A stretch of DNA of 15,701 bases from Candidatus Fervidifonticultor secundus (lineage in GTDB: Bacteria; Sysuimicrobiota; Sysuimicrobiia; Sysuimicrobiales; Humicultoraceae): contig JAVKIP010000035.1 of NCBI GenBank assembly GCA_031459385.1, positions 1-15,701 of the forward strand, given 5' to 3'. The first letter of the stretch is position 1; every line of letters begins with the position of its first letter. This document shows, piece by piece, positions 7,291-15,239 of this stretch. Made by a program: the position numbers and the translations under genes. The notes beneath the pieces were generated by a model. It ran no database searches, was not told where the DNA came from, and was given only the letters and a program-made list of their open reading frames with translations.

Positions 7291-7934
7291 TCCTCTAAGA
7301 CGAATTCGAAGAGCAGCCAGCTCGCGGTTAGCACGAGTATATCAAAGGCCCCCATCAACTGCAATTGGGCGCGGACGGCGGAAACCGGCGCCCCGTCTAG
7401 GATTGCGGCGGTGGCGCTGACCGCGGCGATGAGCAGGGGGAGCGTCACGGGCAACATGAGGAGGGGCAGCATGGCTTCGCGCAACCGTGTCTGCACCAAC
7501 AGGCCGCCAAACAGCGTGCCCGCGGCCGCGAGCCCCACACCGCCCAGGACGACGGGCAGCACCAGGGGCCACAGGCGGGTCCAGGCCGCCTCGGTGAAGA
7601 GCGCACCGAACGCCGGCAGCGAGATCACCTGCACGGCCACCAGCAGTAACCAGTTGGCCAGCGTCTTGGCCAGGAAGATGACGCCGCCGTCGACGGGTGC
7701 CAGGCGCAGCGCGGTCGCGTGATCGCGCTCCAGGGCCAGCGTGCGCGTGAATCCCAACGTGGCCGCGAACGCATAGGTGACCCACATGGCGGCCGGCGCG
7801 CTGGCCCGGTCCGAGCGCGCGGCGCCCAGCACCACCACCAGCAGGAACGCCAGTAGACCCACCGCCGTGGTGATCTCGCGGGTCCGCCACTCCAGGCGCA
7901 GGTCCTTGGCGACGAGGAGCACGAGGGTTCTCAC
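7287..7934 (-). CDS. ccmB: Haem exporter permease CcmB
   Basis: KDLRLEWR N-terminus, about 6 TM helices, LPLLMLPVTLPLLI motif; lies between ccmA and ccmC with 4-nt overlaps. Confidence 0.92.
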   Translation of the reverse strand: MRTLVLLVAKDLRLEWRTREITTAVGLLAFLLVVVLGAARSDRASAPAAMWVTYAFAATLGFTRTLALERDHATALRLAPVDGGVIFLAKTLANWLLLVAVQVISLPAFGALFTEAAWTRLWPLVLPVVLGGVGLAAAGTLFGGLLVQTRLREAMLPLLMLPVTLPLLIAAVSATAAILDGAPVSAVRAQLQLMGAFDILVLTASWLLFEFVLEE

Positions 7935-8632
7935 CAGCGGCTCCCGTGGAACCAGGCGGCCAGGCGCGCGTCATCCACGCTGTTGGCCGGCATGATCTCG
8001 GTGAGACGGCCGCCAAGCAACACGGTGATGCTGGCGTGCAGGTCCCGGGCCTCGGCCAGATCGTGGGTCGCAAACACGATGGTGCGGCCGCGTTGCGCTT
8101 CTTCCCGCAGCACCGCCGTCAGCCGGCCGCTGGCGGTCACGTCCAGACCGGTGTAGGGCTCATCGAGGATGAGCACGTCCGGATTGTGCAGCACCGCCCG
8201 CGCCAGATTCACCTGCTGTCGCTGGCCGCGCGAGAGGACCCTCACCCGGCGGTGCGCCAGTGGCTCCAGCGCCGCCTGCGCCAGCACGCCGGCCACGCGA
8301 TCGGCGCCCAGGCCGTAGAGGCCGGCGAAGAAGTGCAGGTTCTCGGTCACCGTGAGGTTGTCGTAGAGGAGCGACTCGTGGGCCACCAGCCCGATGCGGC
8401 GACGGATCTGGGGGTGAGGCGAGGCTGGACGGCCGAAGAGGACCACAGACCCCCGCGTGGGCGGCGACAGCGTGGCGATCACGCGCAACAGGGTCGTCTT
8501 GCCCGACCCGTTGGCCCCCAGCACCGCCAGGGTCAGCCCGGCGGGTACGCTGAGATCCGCCCCGCGGAGCACCGGTCGGTGGTCGTAGGACTTGGTGACC
8601 CCGCGCACCTCGATGGCCGCAACTCCACTCAT
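7931..8632 (-). CDS. ccmA: Haem exporter ABC ATPase CcmA
   Basis: Walker A GANGSGKT, LTVTENL, signature LSRGQRQQ, Walker B LILDEP, H-loop ATHD; first gene of the ccm cluster. Confidence 0.93.
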   Translation of the reverse strand: MSGVAAIEVRGVTKSYDHRPVLRGADLSVPAGLTLAVLGANGSGKTTLLRVIATLSPPTRGSVVLFGRPASPHPQIRRRIGLVAHESLLYDNLTVTENLHFFAGLYGLGADRVAGVLAQAALEPLAHRRVRVLSRGQRQQVNLARAVLHNPDVLILDEPYTGLDVTASGRLTAVLREEAQRGRTIVFATHDLAEARDLHASITVLLGGRLTEIMPANSVDDARLAAWFHGSRW

Positions 8633-10230
8633 CTGGCTGAGGGATCCTGCGTCGAGGCTGCGTCATCGGAGACCAGCAGGTCCACCACGGCCTCGACGTC
8701 TTCCACGCGGTGCAGGACGAAGGGGTACCCACGGTGGGCGGCGACATCGGCGTCGGCCTGCAGGTGATTCAGCCGGTCGAGCGCAGCCTGGACCTCGGCC
8801 ACCTGGTCGGCCACCGCGACCCGCAGGATGGCATTCAGCTCCCTGATGCGCCGGGTCGCGGCCCGTCTCTCGCGCCGGGTCAGCGCGGCGGCCTGCTCCA
8901 GCTGGCGGATGAGCGCCCACTTCTCCTCGACCAGGACCCGGTGTGCGCCCTCGGGCACGAGGAACCGTTCGGGATTGTGCTGCAGGTCCAGCAGACGCCG
9001 CGCCAGGCGCTGGCGCTCCAGGACGACGGAGCCTCCCGAGGCGAACGGCAGGAAGAGGGTGGCAGTGGCGGCCGCGTAGGCCGGCGGGGCGATCCCGAAG
9101 AACGCCCGGACGACTGCGTCGGTGGCGCGATCGTAGCGGGCGCCGCCCACGCCGTGGATGAAGAGGTCGCAGATTGCCAGGCGCACGAACGCCGTGAGGG
9201 TCAGCGCCCGGGGCCGCAGCGGCATGGCGGCAAACGCCGGCTCGTCGGGGTCCTCGGGCAGTCGGCCCACAACCCGGTGCCCGGCGGCGATGGCTCGGCT
9301 GGCGGGCTCGACGAACACCGGCCAGCGCTGGCCGTCGGCGAGGTACCAGAACGGCACCTCGACCCGGTCCGGCGCGATCGTCAGGTCGGGAAACGGCTGG
9401 GCCGCTGTTCGGATCCCGTAGTGCTCGCGATACGCGTCCAGGCAGGCGTTGTGGATCTCGGCGAAGCGCACCGCGTCCCGCATGATGGCCAGCGCGAACC
9501 TCCGGAACGCCGGCATGCCCGACATGACGGACACCGGCAGGTCCACGTAGGCCCGCGGGCCCTCCAGCCGCCGGCGCAGGGCCGTGATGGCACCGGCCAG
9601 TCCTCCCGGGGATCTTGGGGGCCACAGGGCCCGGGCTCGTCCCCAGGCCTCGGCGATCGGGCCGCTGCCGAGCGTGGCGAGGTAAGCGTCCACGGACGTG
9701 GCCAGGCGGCGCCAGTCGTCCTCGGTGGGAGCCGGGAGCAGCTCGAACGGCACCGTCGGCCCTCCGCGGGCCAGCGGTACCCGCGTCCGGCGCAGCCGCC
9801 CGTCGTCGTGGGGGACTTCCACCGCGATCTCGTCGGCAGCGTCGCTGTCCACGATGATGGCCAGACCCATCCCGTCTTGAGGCACGACGCGTGCCAGCGC
9901 CAGGTACTTGATCCAGATGCCGGGGTGCACGAACACCGGCTGGTGCCCGGTGGCCAGCAGCACCCCGGTTCGCCCGGACTCCACGGCGATCCCCAGCCGC
10001 CGGGTGTAGTCCGCGGCCCGGGCCAGCGCTTCCACCCGCGCGGTGCGGCGCAGCACCCCCAGCGGGACGCCAGCGATCTCCACCGCAGCCCCATCGAGGG
10101 CCTCCCGGTTCTGCCGGGCGCGCTCCAGCCACTCCCTCACGGGCGGGCGAGCCACGGCCGCCGGCGATGCCTGCGGGATCTCGAGCCCCACCTCCGGCCA
10201 CACCCCGTGGTCGGCGATTCCACCCGACAT
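8629..10230 (-). CDS. Uncharacterised 533-aa protein, probable distant BshC-like ligase
   Basis: ATG 10230 overlaps the deacetylase stop (TGATG). Motif order ATGHQP..HPGIWIK / IIVDSD / LRPRAL / DLFIHGVGGARYD / C-terminal coiled coil parallels BshC (TGQQ / EDHD / LRP / YxGGPGE / coiled coil). The CDS is solid; the family assignment is my recognition, not a search result. Confidence 0.6.
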   Translation of the reverse strand: MSGGIADHGVWPEVGLEIPQASPAAVARPPVREWLERARQNREALDGAAVEIAGVPLGVLRRTARVEALARAADYTRRLGIAVESGRTGVLLATGHQPVFVHPGIWIKYLALARVVPQDGMGLAIIVDSDAADEIAVEVPHDDGRLRRTRVPLARGGPTVPFELLPAPTEDDWRRLATSVDAYLATLGSGPIAEAWGRARALWPPRSPGGLAGAITALRRRLEGPRAYVDLPVSVMSGMPAFRRFALAIMRDAVRFAEIHNACLDAYREHYGIRTAAQPFPDLTIAPDRVEVPFWYLADGQRWPVFVEPASRAIAAGHRVVGRLPEDPDEPAFAAMPLRPRALTLTAFVRLAICDLFIHGVGGARYDRATDAVVRAFFGIAPPAYAAATATLFLPFASGGSVVLERQRLARRLLDLQHNPERFLVPEGAHRVLVEEKWALIRQLEQAAALTRRERRAATRRIRELNAILRVAVADQVAEVQAALDRLNHLQADADVAAHRGYPFVLHRVEDVEAVVDLLVSDDAASTQDPSAR

Positions 10231-10913
10231 CAGATCAGGCCATCCCACCGGACCACGCCGATCTCCTCCCGGCAGATGAAGGCTTCGCCATACCGCCGGT
10301 GGATGAGGCGGCCCCAGTAGCCGTTGGTCTCGCGGATCGTCTCGATGATCCAGCCGGTGCCTCGCGCTTCGCCGAACTGGGACTCGTAGGCGGCGATCGA
10401 GGCCAGCTTGGCGTCCATGTAGTCCGAGATGTCCACGATGAATGAGGGCTTGACGTGCAGCCGGTAGTGGGTGCTGAAGAAGTGGTACACGCGCCGCGGA
10501 TAGTGCGGCTCCCCCTTCATCGCGGTCCGGGTGAGTTTGGCGGTGAAGCGCGCTGCCTCACACAGCGCGCAGGCGGCCACGTGGTCCGGATGGGCGTCCG
10601 ACCAGTATGGGACGAACATGGCGTCCGGCCGCACCTCCCGGATGACCTCAGCCACCTGCACCCGTGCCTCGATGGTGTCCTGGAGATAGCGGTTGGGCAG
10701 CGCTAGAGTGATCCGGCGCTGCACACCCAGCAGGCGCGCGGCGGCGGCGGCCTCGGCGGCGCGGCGTTGGGGCGTGCCCAGGGGTGTGGGTTCGCCATCG
10801 GTGAGGTCGCAAAGCACGACGTCGTGGCCCTGGGCCAGCAGCCAGCACACCGTGCCGCCCATGGCGATCTCCACGTCGTCGGGGTGCGGGCCTATGGCGA
10901 GGAGACGGGCCAC
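10230..10913 (-). CDS. bshB1: PIG-L/LmbE family de-N-acetylase, BshB1-like
   Basis: GTG 10913 with GAGGTG RBS; Zn motifs GPHPDDVE and DAHPDH; DLTDGE; PSFIVDIS..KLASIAAYESQF; YGEAF. The substrate may differ from GlcNAc-malate. Confidence 0.82.
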   Translation of the reverse strand: MARLLAIGPHPDDVEIAMGGTVCWLLAQGHDVVLCDLTDGEPTPLGTPQRRAAEAAAAARLLGVQRRITLALPNRYLQDTIEARVQVAEVIREVRPDAMFVPYWSDAHPDHVAACALCEAARFTAKLTRTAMKGEPHYPRRVYHFFSTHYRLHVKPSFIVDISDYMDAKLASIAAYESQFGEARGTGWIIETIRETNGYWGRLIHRRYGEAFICREEIGVVRWDGLI

Positions 10914-11605
10914 CGCTTCACCTCTCGGTCGATCACCTCGTGGTAGTATCGCCGACGGACCTCGGGATCGTCCAGCCCGCCCCAGAACCGGCGGGCGGGA
11001 TTCTTGTAGATCCGCGCGGTCGCCAGCTCCCGTACCCGCAGGCCGTGGTGGGCCGCCTGCACCCACACCTGCAACGGCAGCCCGTACGAGGGCTCGGAGA
11101 GCCGCAGCCGTCGCAGGGCCTCGACGCGGTACGCCTTGAACCCACAGAACGCGTCGGTGAGCGGATAGCCGGTCAGGGCCCGAAGCCTGGCGGTGATTTC
11201 CTCGTTCAGGTGCCGCCGGTCCGGCGGCGCCGGATCGCCGCCGACAGCCGGATCCAGGTACCGGCTGCCGGAGACGATGTCTGCGCCAGCCAGCGCAGCG
11301 ACAAACTGGGGAATCTGGTGAGGCTCGTGCTGCTCGTCGCAATCCAGCGTGACCACCGCGTCGTAGCCATGGGCGGCCGCGTAGGCAAACCCGTCAATCA
11401 ACGACTGGCCGTAGCCTTCATTCTCCCGATGCGTGAGCACCGTCACATCCGCGTACGCCTTCAGGATCTCGGCCGACCCATCGGTGGATCCGTCATCGAC
11501 CACCAGCACGTCACACCCCTGCGCCCACCGCTGCACTTCCCGGAGGACCCGGTCAACCGTTGGCGCCTCGTTGTACAGAGGCAGCACCACCAGGGTGCGG
11601 GGCAT
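10892..11605 (-). CDS. Glycosyltransferase family 2 (DPM1/Ppm1-like, no C-terminal TM)
   Basis: LPLYNE, VVDDGSTDGS, NEGYG, DxD motif TLDCDEQH, VSGSRY, TDAFCGFKAY. Confidence 0.93.
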   Translation of the reverse strand: MPRTLVVLPLYNEAPTVDRVLREVQRWAQGCDVLVVDDGSTDGSAEILKAYADVTVLTHRENEGYGQSLIDGFAYAAAHGYDAVVTLDCDEQHEPHQIPQFVAALAGADIVSGSRYLDPAVGGDPAPPDRRHLNEEITARLRALTGYPLTDAFCGFKAYRVEALRRLRLSEPSYGLPLQVWVQAAHHGLRVRELATARIYKNPARRFWGGLDDPEVRRRYYHEVIDREVKRWPVSSP

Positions 11606-11611
11606 GGACGG

Positions 11612-12301
11612 CTACAGGAGCTTGATGCCGTTGATCTGTAACTTGAATCCGCACCCCAGAAATTCCGCGGCGCGGCGGCACATCAGCATCCGATCCAGGA
11701 AGATCTCGAAGTATTCCATGACCTGGGAGATGGCCGTGTCGATGGTCAGCTCCAGGGTCACCGTCTTGCTCTTCTCGTCCACACGCAGGAATGAGTGCTC
11801 CACGGCATAGTTCACCCGGTCATGGATGTCGAATGTGGACCGGTCGGGGTTGCGAACCCTGGTGCGGTGCACGTCAGACTTGTCGGCCAGGATCACCGCG
11901 GCGCCCACGGGACTGATGGCCTCGCCGTGCCGCTCCTCGTGGTTGCCGATGGCGCCCATGACCACGGCCCGCTCGTCAGGCGACATGCCCAACCGCCCGA
12001 GGATGTCATTGGCCAGCACGGCACCCGTGTGCTCGTGATTGGCCCGGCTCACCAGATTGCCCACATCGTGCAAGTACGCGGCGATGGCGGCGAGCTGTGC
12101 CGTGCGCTCGTTGAACCCCAGGCGGCGCAGGACGTTGGCCGCGATGTTCGCCGTCAGGTTGGCGTGACGCAGGCCGTGCTCGGTGTAGCCGATGACCCCA
12201 GTGTACTCATTGGCCTTGACCAGGAGCGCCTCGACCTCGGGATCTCGCTTGACATCTTCCAGGGTCGGCGTACCCGGTGCCGTCCCCCGTTCGTTGGTCA
12301 C
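11612..12301 (-). CDS. HD-domain metal-dependent phosphohydrolase
   Basis: H...HD...D signature: TEHGLRHA, AAYLHDVGN, HEHTG, GNHEE, ILADKSD; GTG overlaps the yajC stop. Confidence 0.92.
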   Translation of the reverse strand: MTNERGTAPGTPTLEDVKRDPEVEALLVKANEYTGVIGYTEHGLRHANLTANIAANVLRRLGFNERTAQLAAIAAYLHDVGNLVSRANHEHTGAVLANDILGRLGMSPDERAVVMGAIGNHEERHGEAISPVGAAVILADKSDVHRTRVRNPDRSTFDIHDRVNYAVEHSFLRVDEKSKTVTLELTIDTAISQVMEYFEIFLDRMLMCRRAAEFLGCGFKLQINGIKLL

Positions 12302-12591
12302 TCTTCGGCCTTCGCCTCGCCTTTCGCACGCACGTAGCTCACCGATCCCCGGTCAGCCTTGACCCGGACGTTGGGCGCCAGATCCAGGGTGAGCAGGTCA
12401 TCCTTGATGTCCGCGATGGTGGCGTGCAACCCGCCCAGCGTGACCACCCGGTCGCCCCGCCTCAGGTTGTTCAGCATTTCTCGGCGCTTCCTCTGCTGCG
12501 TCCGCTGCGGCCTGATCATGAGCACATAGAAAACCACGAAGATCAGGACCCACAGGAGCAGTACTGTGATCTGAGACTGCTGAGCCGGCAT
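12298..12591 (-). CDS. yajC: Preprotein translocase subunit YajC
   Basis: TM + FYVLMIRPQ + LRRGDRVVTLGGLH; GGAGG RBS; follows tgt as is usual. Confidence 0.96.
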   Translation of the reverse strand: MPAQQSQITVLLLWVLIFVVFYVLMIRPQRTQQRKRREMLNNLRRGDRVVTLGGLHATIADIKDDLLTLDLAPNVRVKADRGSVSYVRAKGEAKAEE

Positions 12592-12654
12592 CCGCTGCTC
12601 CTCCCACCTGTGAACCGTCAGCCATCCGTTCTGCGATGGGCAGGTGTCTCCTGC

Positions 12655-13767
12655 TCACCACGCAGTAGTATACGCTGCCAGCACATCCCGCATCCACGCC
12701 GCGTAGCGGCCGGCGCGCAGCGCCGCCCGCGCCTCCTTCACCATGCGGCCCACGAATGCCAGATTGTGGTAGGTAGCCAGGCGCGGGCCCAGCATCTCGT
12801 CGGCGTGGAACAGGTGGCGCAGGTAGGCGCGCGTGGTTGTAGTGCACACGCGGCAGGTGCACGACGGGTCGGGCGGCGACAGGTCGGCGCGATAGCGCCC
12901 GTTGCGGATGTTGAGGCGACCGGCGGCCGTGAAGATGGTCCCGGTCCGCGCCACGCGGGTCGGCAGGACACAGTCGAACAGGTCGATGCCCCGGGCGATG
13001 CCGTGCAGGATACCCGGAATCGATCCGACGCCCATGAGGTAGCGAGGGCTGGCCTGTGGGAGTTCCGGCACCACGGCATCGAGCATCTCGTAGGTGAGTT
13101 CGGGCGCCTCGCCCACGGACAGGCCGCCGATCGCATATCCAGGGAAACCAAGGGCTACGGTGCGGCGCGCGGCCTCCCGTCGGAGATCGGTGTCCAGCCC
13201 GCCCTGCACGATCCCAAACAACACGCCGAGGCCCATGCGGTCGTGATGAGCCCGCGCCCGGGCCGCCCAGTGCAGCGTCCGCTCCAGCGCCGAGCGCGCC
13301 TCCTGCGCCTCGTGCGGGTAGCCGAGGCACACGTCCAGGGGCATCAGCACGTCGGCGCCCAGGCGGCGCTGGATGTCCACGACGCCCTCGGGCGTGAACC
13401 GGTGGACCGTGCCGTCAATCGGCGATCGGAACGTGACGCCGTCGTCATCGAGCTGTCGCATGGTGGCCAGGCTGAAGACCTGGAACCCGCCGCTGTCCGT
13501 GAGGATAGGACCACTCCAGCCCATGAACCCATGGAGCCCGCCCGCCGTCTCGATGATCTCCACCCCCGGTCTCAAGTAGAGGTGGAACGCATTGGCCAGG
13601 ATCATCTGGGCACCGGTCTCCCGGACCTCGTCCGGCGTGAGCGCGCGCACGGTGGCGTTGGTGCCCACCGGCATGAACGCCGGGGTCTCCACGATGCCGC
13701 GGGCCAGGCTCAGCCGGCCAAGACGCGCGCGGGTCTGCTGGTCGGCTGCGAGGACGTCGAACCGCAT
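12655..13767 (-). CDS. tgt: tRNA-guanine(34) transglycosylase
   Basis: ATG 13767 (MRFDVLAAD, 370 aa); TPAFMPVGT, TDSGGFQVFSL, GIVQGG, GYAIGGLSVGE, PRYLMGVG, FDCVLPTR, Zn site CTCRVC...HN. Confidence 0.98.
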   Translation of the reverse strand: MRFDVLAADQQTRARLGRLSLARGIVETPAFMPVGTNATVRALTPDEVRETGAQMILANAFHLYLRPGVEIIETAGGLHGFMGWSGPILTDSGGFQVFSLATMRQLDDDGVTFRSPIDGTVHRFTPEGVVDIQRRLGADVLMPLDVCLGYPHEAQEARSALERTLHWAARARAHHDRMGLGVLFGIVQGGLDTDLRREAARRTVALGFPGYAIGGLSVGEAPELTYEMLDAVVPELPQASPRYLMGVGSIPGILHGIARGIDLFDCVLPTRVARTGTIFTAAGRLNIRNGRYRADLSPPDPSCTCRVCTTTTRAYLRHLFHADEMLGPRLATYHNLAFVGRMVKEARAALRAGRYAAWMRDVLAAYTTAW

Positions 13768-13790
13768 GTGCGCACCGGCCTGCCGCCGTC

Positions 13791-15071
13791 TCAGGGATAG
13801 ATGCCCCGGATCGTCAGGGCGTCGGCGACACGCTGCACCGCCCGCAGCAGCGCCGCCGCCCGCATCGTGACGCCCTCGGCCTGGGCCAGCGCGACCACCC
13901 CGCGGACGCTTCGCACCATGATCTGCTCCAGCCGACGATTGATCTCGTCTTCGTCCCAGAACAGCGACTGGAGGTCTTGCACCCATTCGAAGTACGAGAC
14001 GATCACACCCCCGCTGTTGGCCAGGATATCGGGCACCACCAGGATCCCCCGATCCGCCAGAATCTCGTCAGCCTCGGGAGTGGTGGGCCCGTTGGCGCCC
14101 TCCACGATCACCCTGGCCGCGATCCGTCCGGCGTTCTCGCCCGTGATCTGGCCCTCGAGGGCGGCCGGAACCAGGTAGTCGCAAGGCAACTCGAGGAGGT
14201 CGCGGTTGCTGATGGGCTCGCAGCCCGGGAACCCGACGACGGTCTTGCTTCGGGCCACGTGCGCCTGGAGCCCAGGCAGGTCCAGGCCCCTGGGGTTGTA
14301 GATGCCGCCGTTGACGTCGCTGGCGGCGATGATGGTGCACCCCTCGTCCCACATCAGGCGCGCCGTCGCCTCGCCGACGTTCCCGAATCCCTGCACGACG
14401 ACCCGCGCGCCCGTCCAGGGCAGGCCGTGCAGACGCGCCACCTCCCTGGCCGAGAGCATCACCCCGCGGCCGGTCGCCTCTCTCCTGCCGACCGACCCGC
14501 CGAGGGGCACCGGCTTTCCGGTGGTGACCGCTGGCGTGACCCGGCCCCGCTGCATGCTGAAGGTGTCCATGATCCAGGCCATGATCTGGGCGTTGGTCCC
14601 CACGTCCGGCGCCGGAATGTCGCCGTAGGGGCCCATGAGCACGCTGATCTCGGCCGCAAACCGCCGCGTCAGCCGTTCCAGTTCTGGCCCGGACAGCGTC
14701 TGAGGGTCCACCACCACCCCGCCCTTGGCGCCACCGTACGGCAGGTGCACCAGGGCGCACTTCCACGTCATCCACATGGCCAGCGCCCGCACCTCGTTGA
14801 GGGTCACACCGGGGTGGTAGCGGATGCCGCCCTTGGTGGGACCCAGCACCATGTTGTGGTGCACGCGGTAACCCGTGAAGATCTCGATGCGGCCGTCGTC
14901 CATCTTGACAGGAAAGCCAACGGTCAGCTCACGCTGCGGGGTCGCCAGGAACTTCTCGACGCCGGGGGCGAGGCGAAGGCGCCGCGACGCCACATAGAAC
15001 TGCGCCTGCGCCATCGCCCACGGATCGCCGGCGGCCGCCTTCGCGGCCGACGCGCGGAACTCCGGACTCAC
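13791..15071 (-). CDS. gdhA: Glutamate dehydrogenase (Glu/Leu/Phe/Val dehydrogenase family)
   Basis: GTG 15071 with AAGGAGG RBS 7 nt upstream; [49 protein letters not shown]. Catalytic and glutamate-specificity Lys/Ser residues are present. Confidence 0.96.
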   Translation of the reverse strand: MSPEFRASAAKAAAGDPWAMAQAQFYVASRRLRLAPGVEKFLATPQRELTVGFPVKMDDGRIEIFTGYRVHHNMVLGPTKGGIRYHPGVTLNEVRALAMWMTWKCALVHLPYGGAKGGVVVDPQTLSGPELERLTRRFAAEISVLMGPYGDIPAPDVGTNAQIMAWIMDTFSMQRGRVTPAVTTGKPVPLGGSVGRREATGRGVMLSAREVARLHGLPWTGARVVVQGFGNVGEATARLMWDEGCTIIAASDVNGGIYNPRGLDLPGLQAHVARSKTVVGFPGCEPISNRDLLELPCDYLVPAALEGQITGENAGRIAARVIVEGANGPTTPEADEILADRGILVVPDILANSGGVIVSYFEWVQDLQSLFWDEDEINRRLEQIMVRSVRGVVALAQAEGVTMRAAALLRAVQRVADALTIRGIYP

Positions 15072-15078
15072 AACGTCC

Positions 15079-15085
15079 CCTCCTT
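15079..15085 (-). promoter_or_regulatory. Shine-Dalgarno site of gdhA
   Basis: AAGGAGG on the minus strand, 7 nt before GTG 15071. Confidence 0.8.
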
Positions 15086-15183
15086 CGATGGCGGTTGCTT
15101 CCTGTCGGTCCCTGCGAACTCCTGTCAAGTGAGCCGCCCAAGCGTACGGCGGGCTCGAAACCGCCGCGTCGGGCCCGGGGTGG

Positions 15184-15212
15184 TTGCCTGCTCCACACCC
15201 TCCCTGTAGAAT
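15184..15212 (+). promoter_or_regulatory. Sigma70-type promoter for the divergent gene
   Basis: TTGCCT (15184-15189), 17-nt spacer, TAGAAT (15207-15212), followed by GGAGG and ATG 15240. Confidence 0.7.
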
Positions 15213-15239
15213 GGCGGCGACGAGGCACCGGAGGCGCAG

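Noticed and set aside
10914..11342. N-terminal extensions in the ORF track for the deacetylase (also tgt to 13986, gdhA to 15128, the beta-domain protein to 4302, cytochrome c to 2881)
   Set aside because: They overlap upstream genes or lack an RBS; downstream starts with RBS or stop-start coupling fit family lengths better. They are not fusions.
12655..13767. tgt as a DNA-modifying DpdA-like or otherwise unusual paralogue
   Set aside because: All canonical bacterial tRNA-TGT motifs, normal length and the tgt-yajC context are present.
15123..15128. Perfect TTGACA -35 hexamer on the minus strand upstream of gdhA
   Set aside because: No acceptable -10 element 16-18 nt downstream, so the operon promoter cannot be called.
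15147..15176. GC-rich inverted repeats (CGGCGG/CCGCCG; GGGCTCGA/TCGGGCCC) in the divergent intergenic region
   Set aside because: Short all-GC stems expected by chance; no U tract and no recognisable operator.
516..15209. Many long plus-strand and alternative-frame ORFs (e.g. 1427-2959 +, 4299-5867 -, 8663-10201 -, 8710-10320 +, 12277-13800 +, 13977-15209 +)
   Set aside because: Shadows of real genes in high-GC DNA: Arg/Gly/Pro-rich or antisense-codon composition, no motifs, fully overlapping well-supported CDSs.
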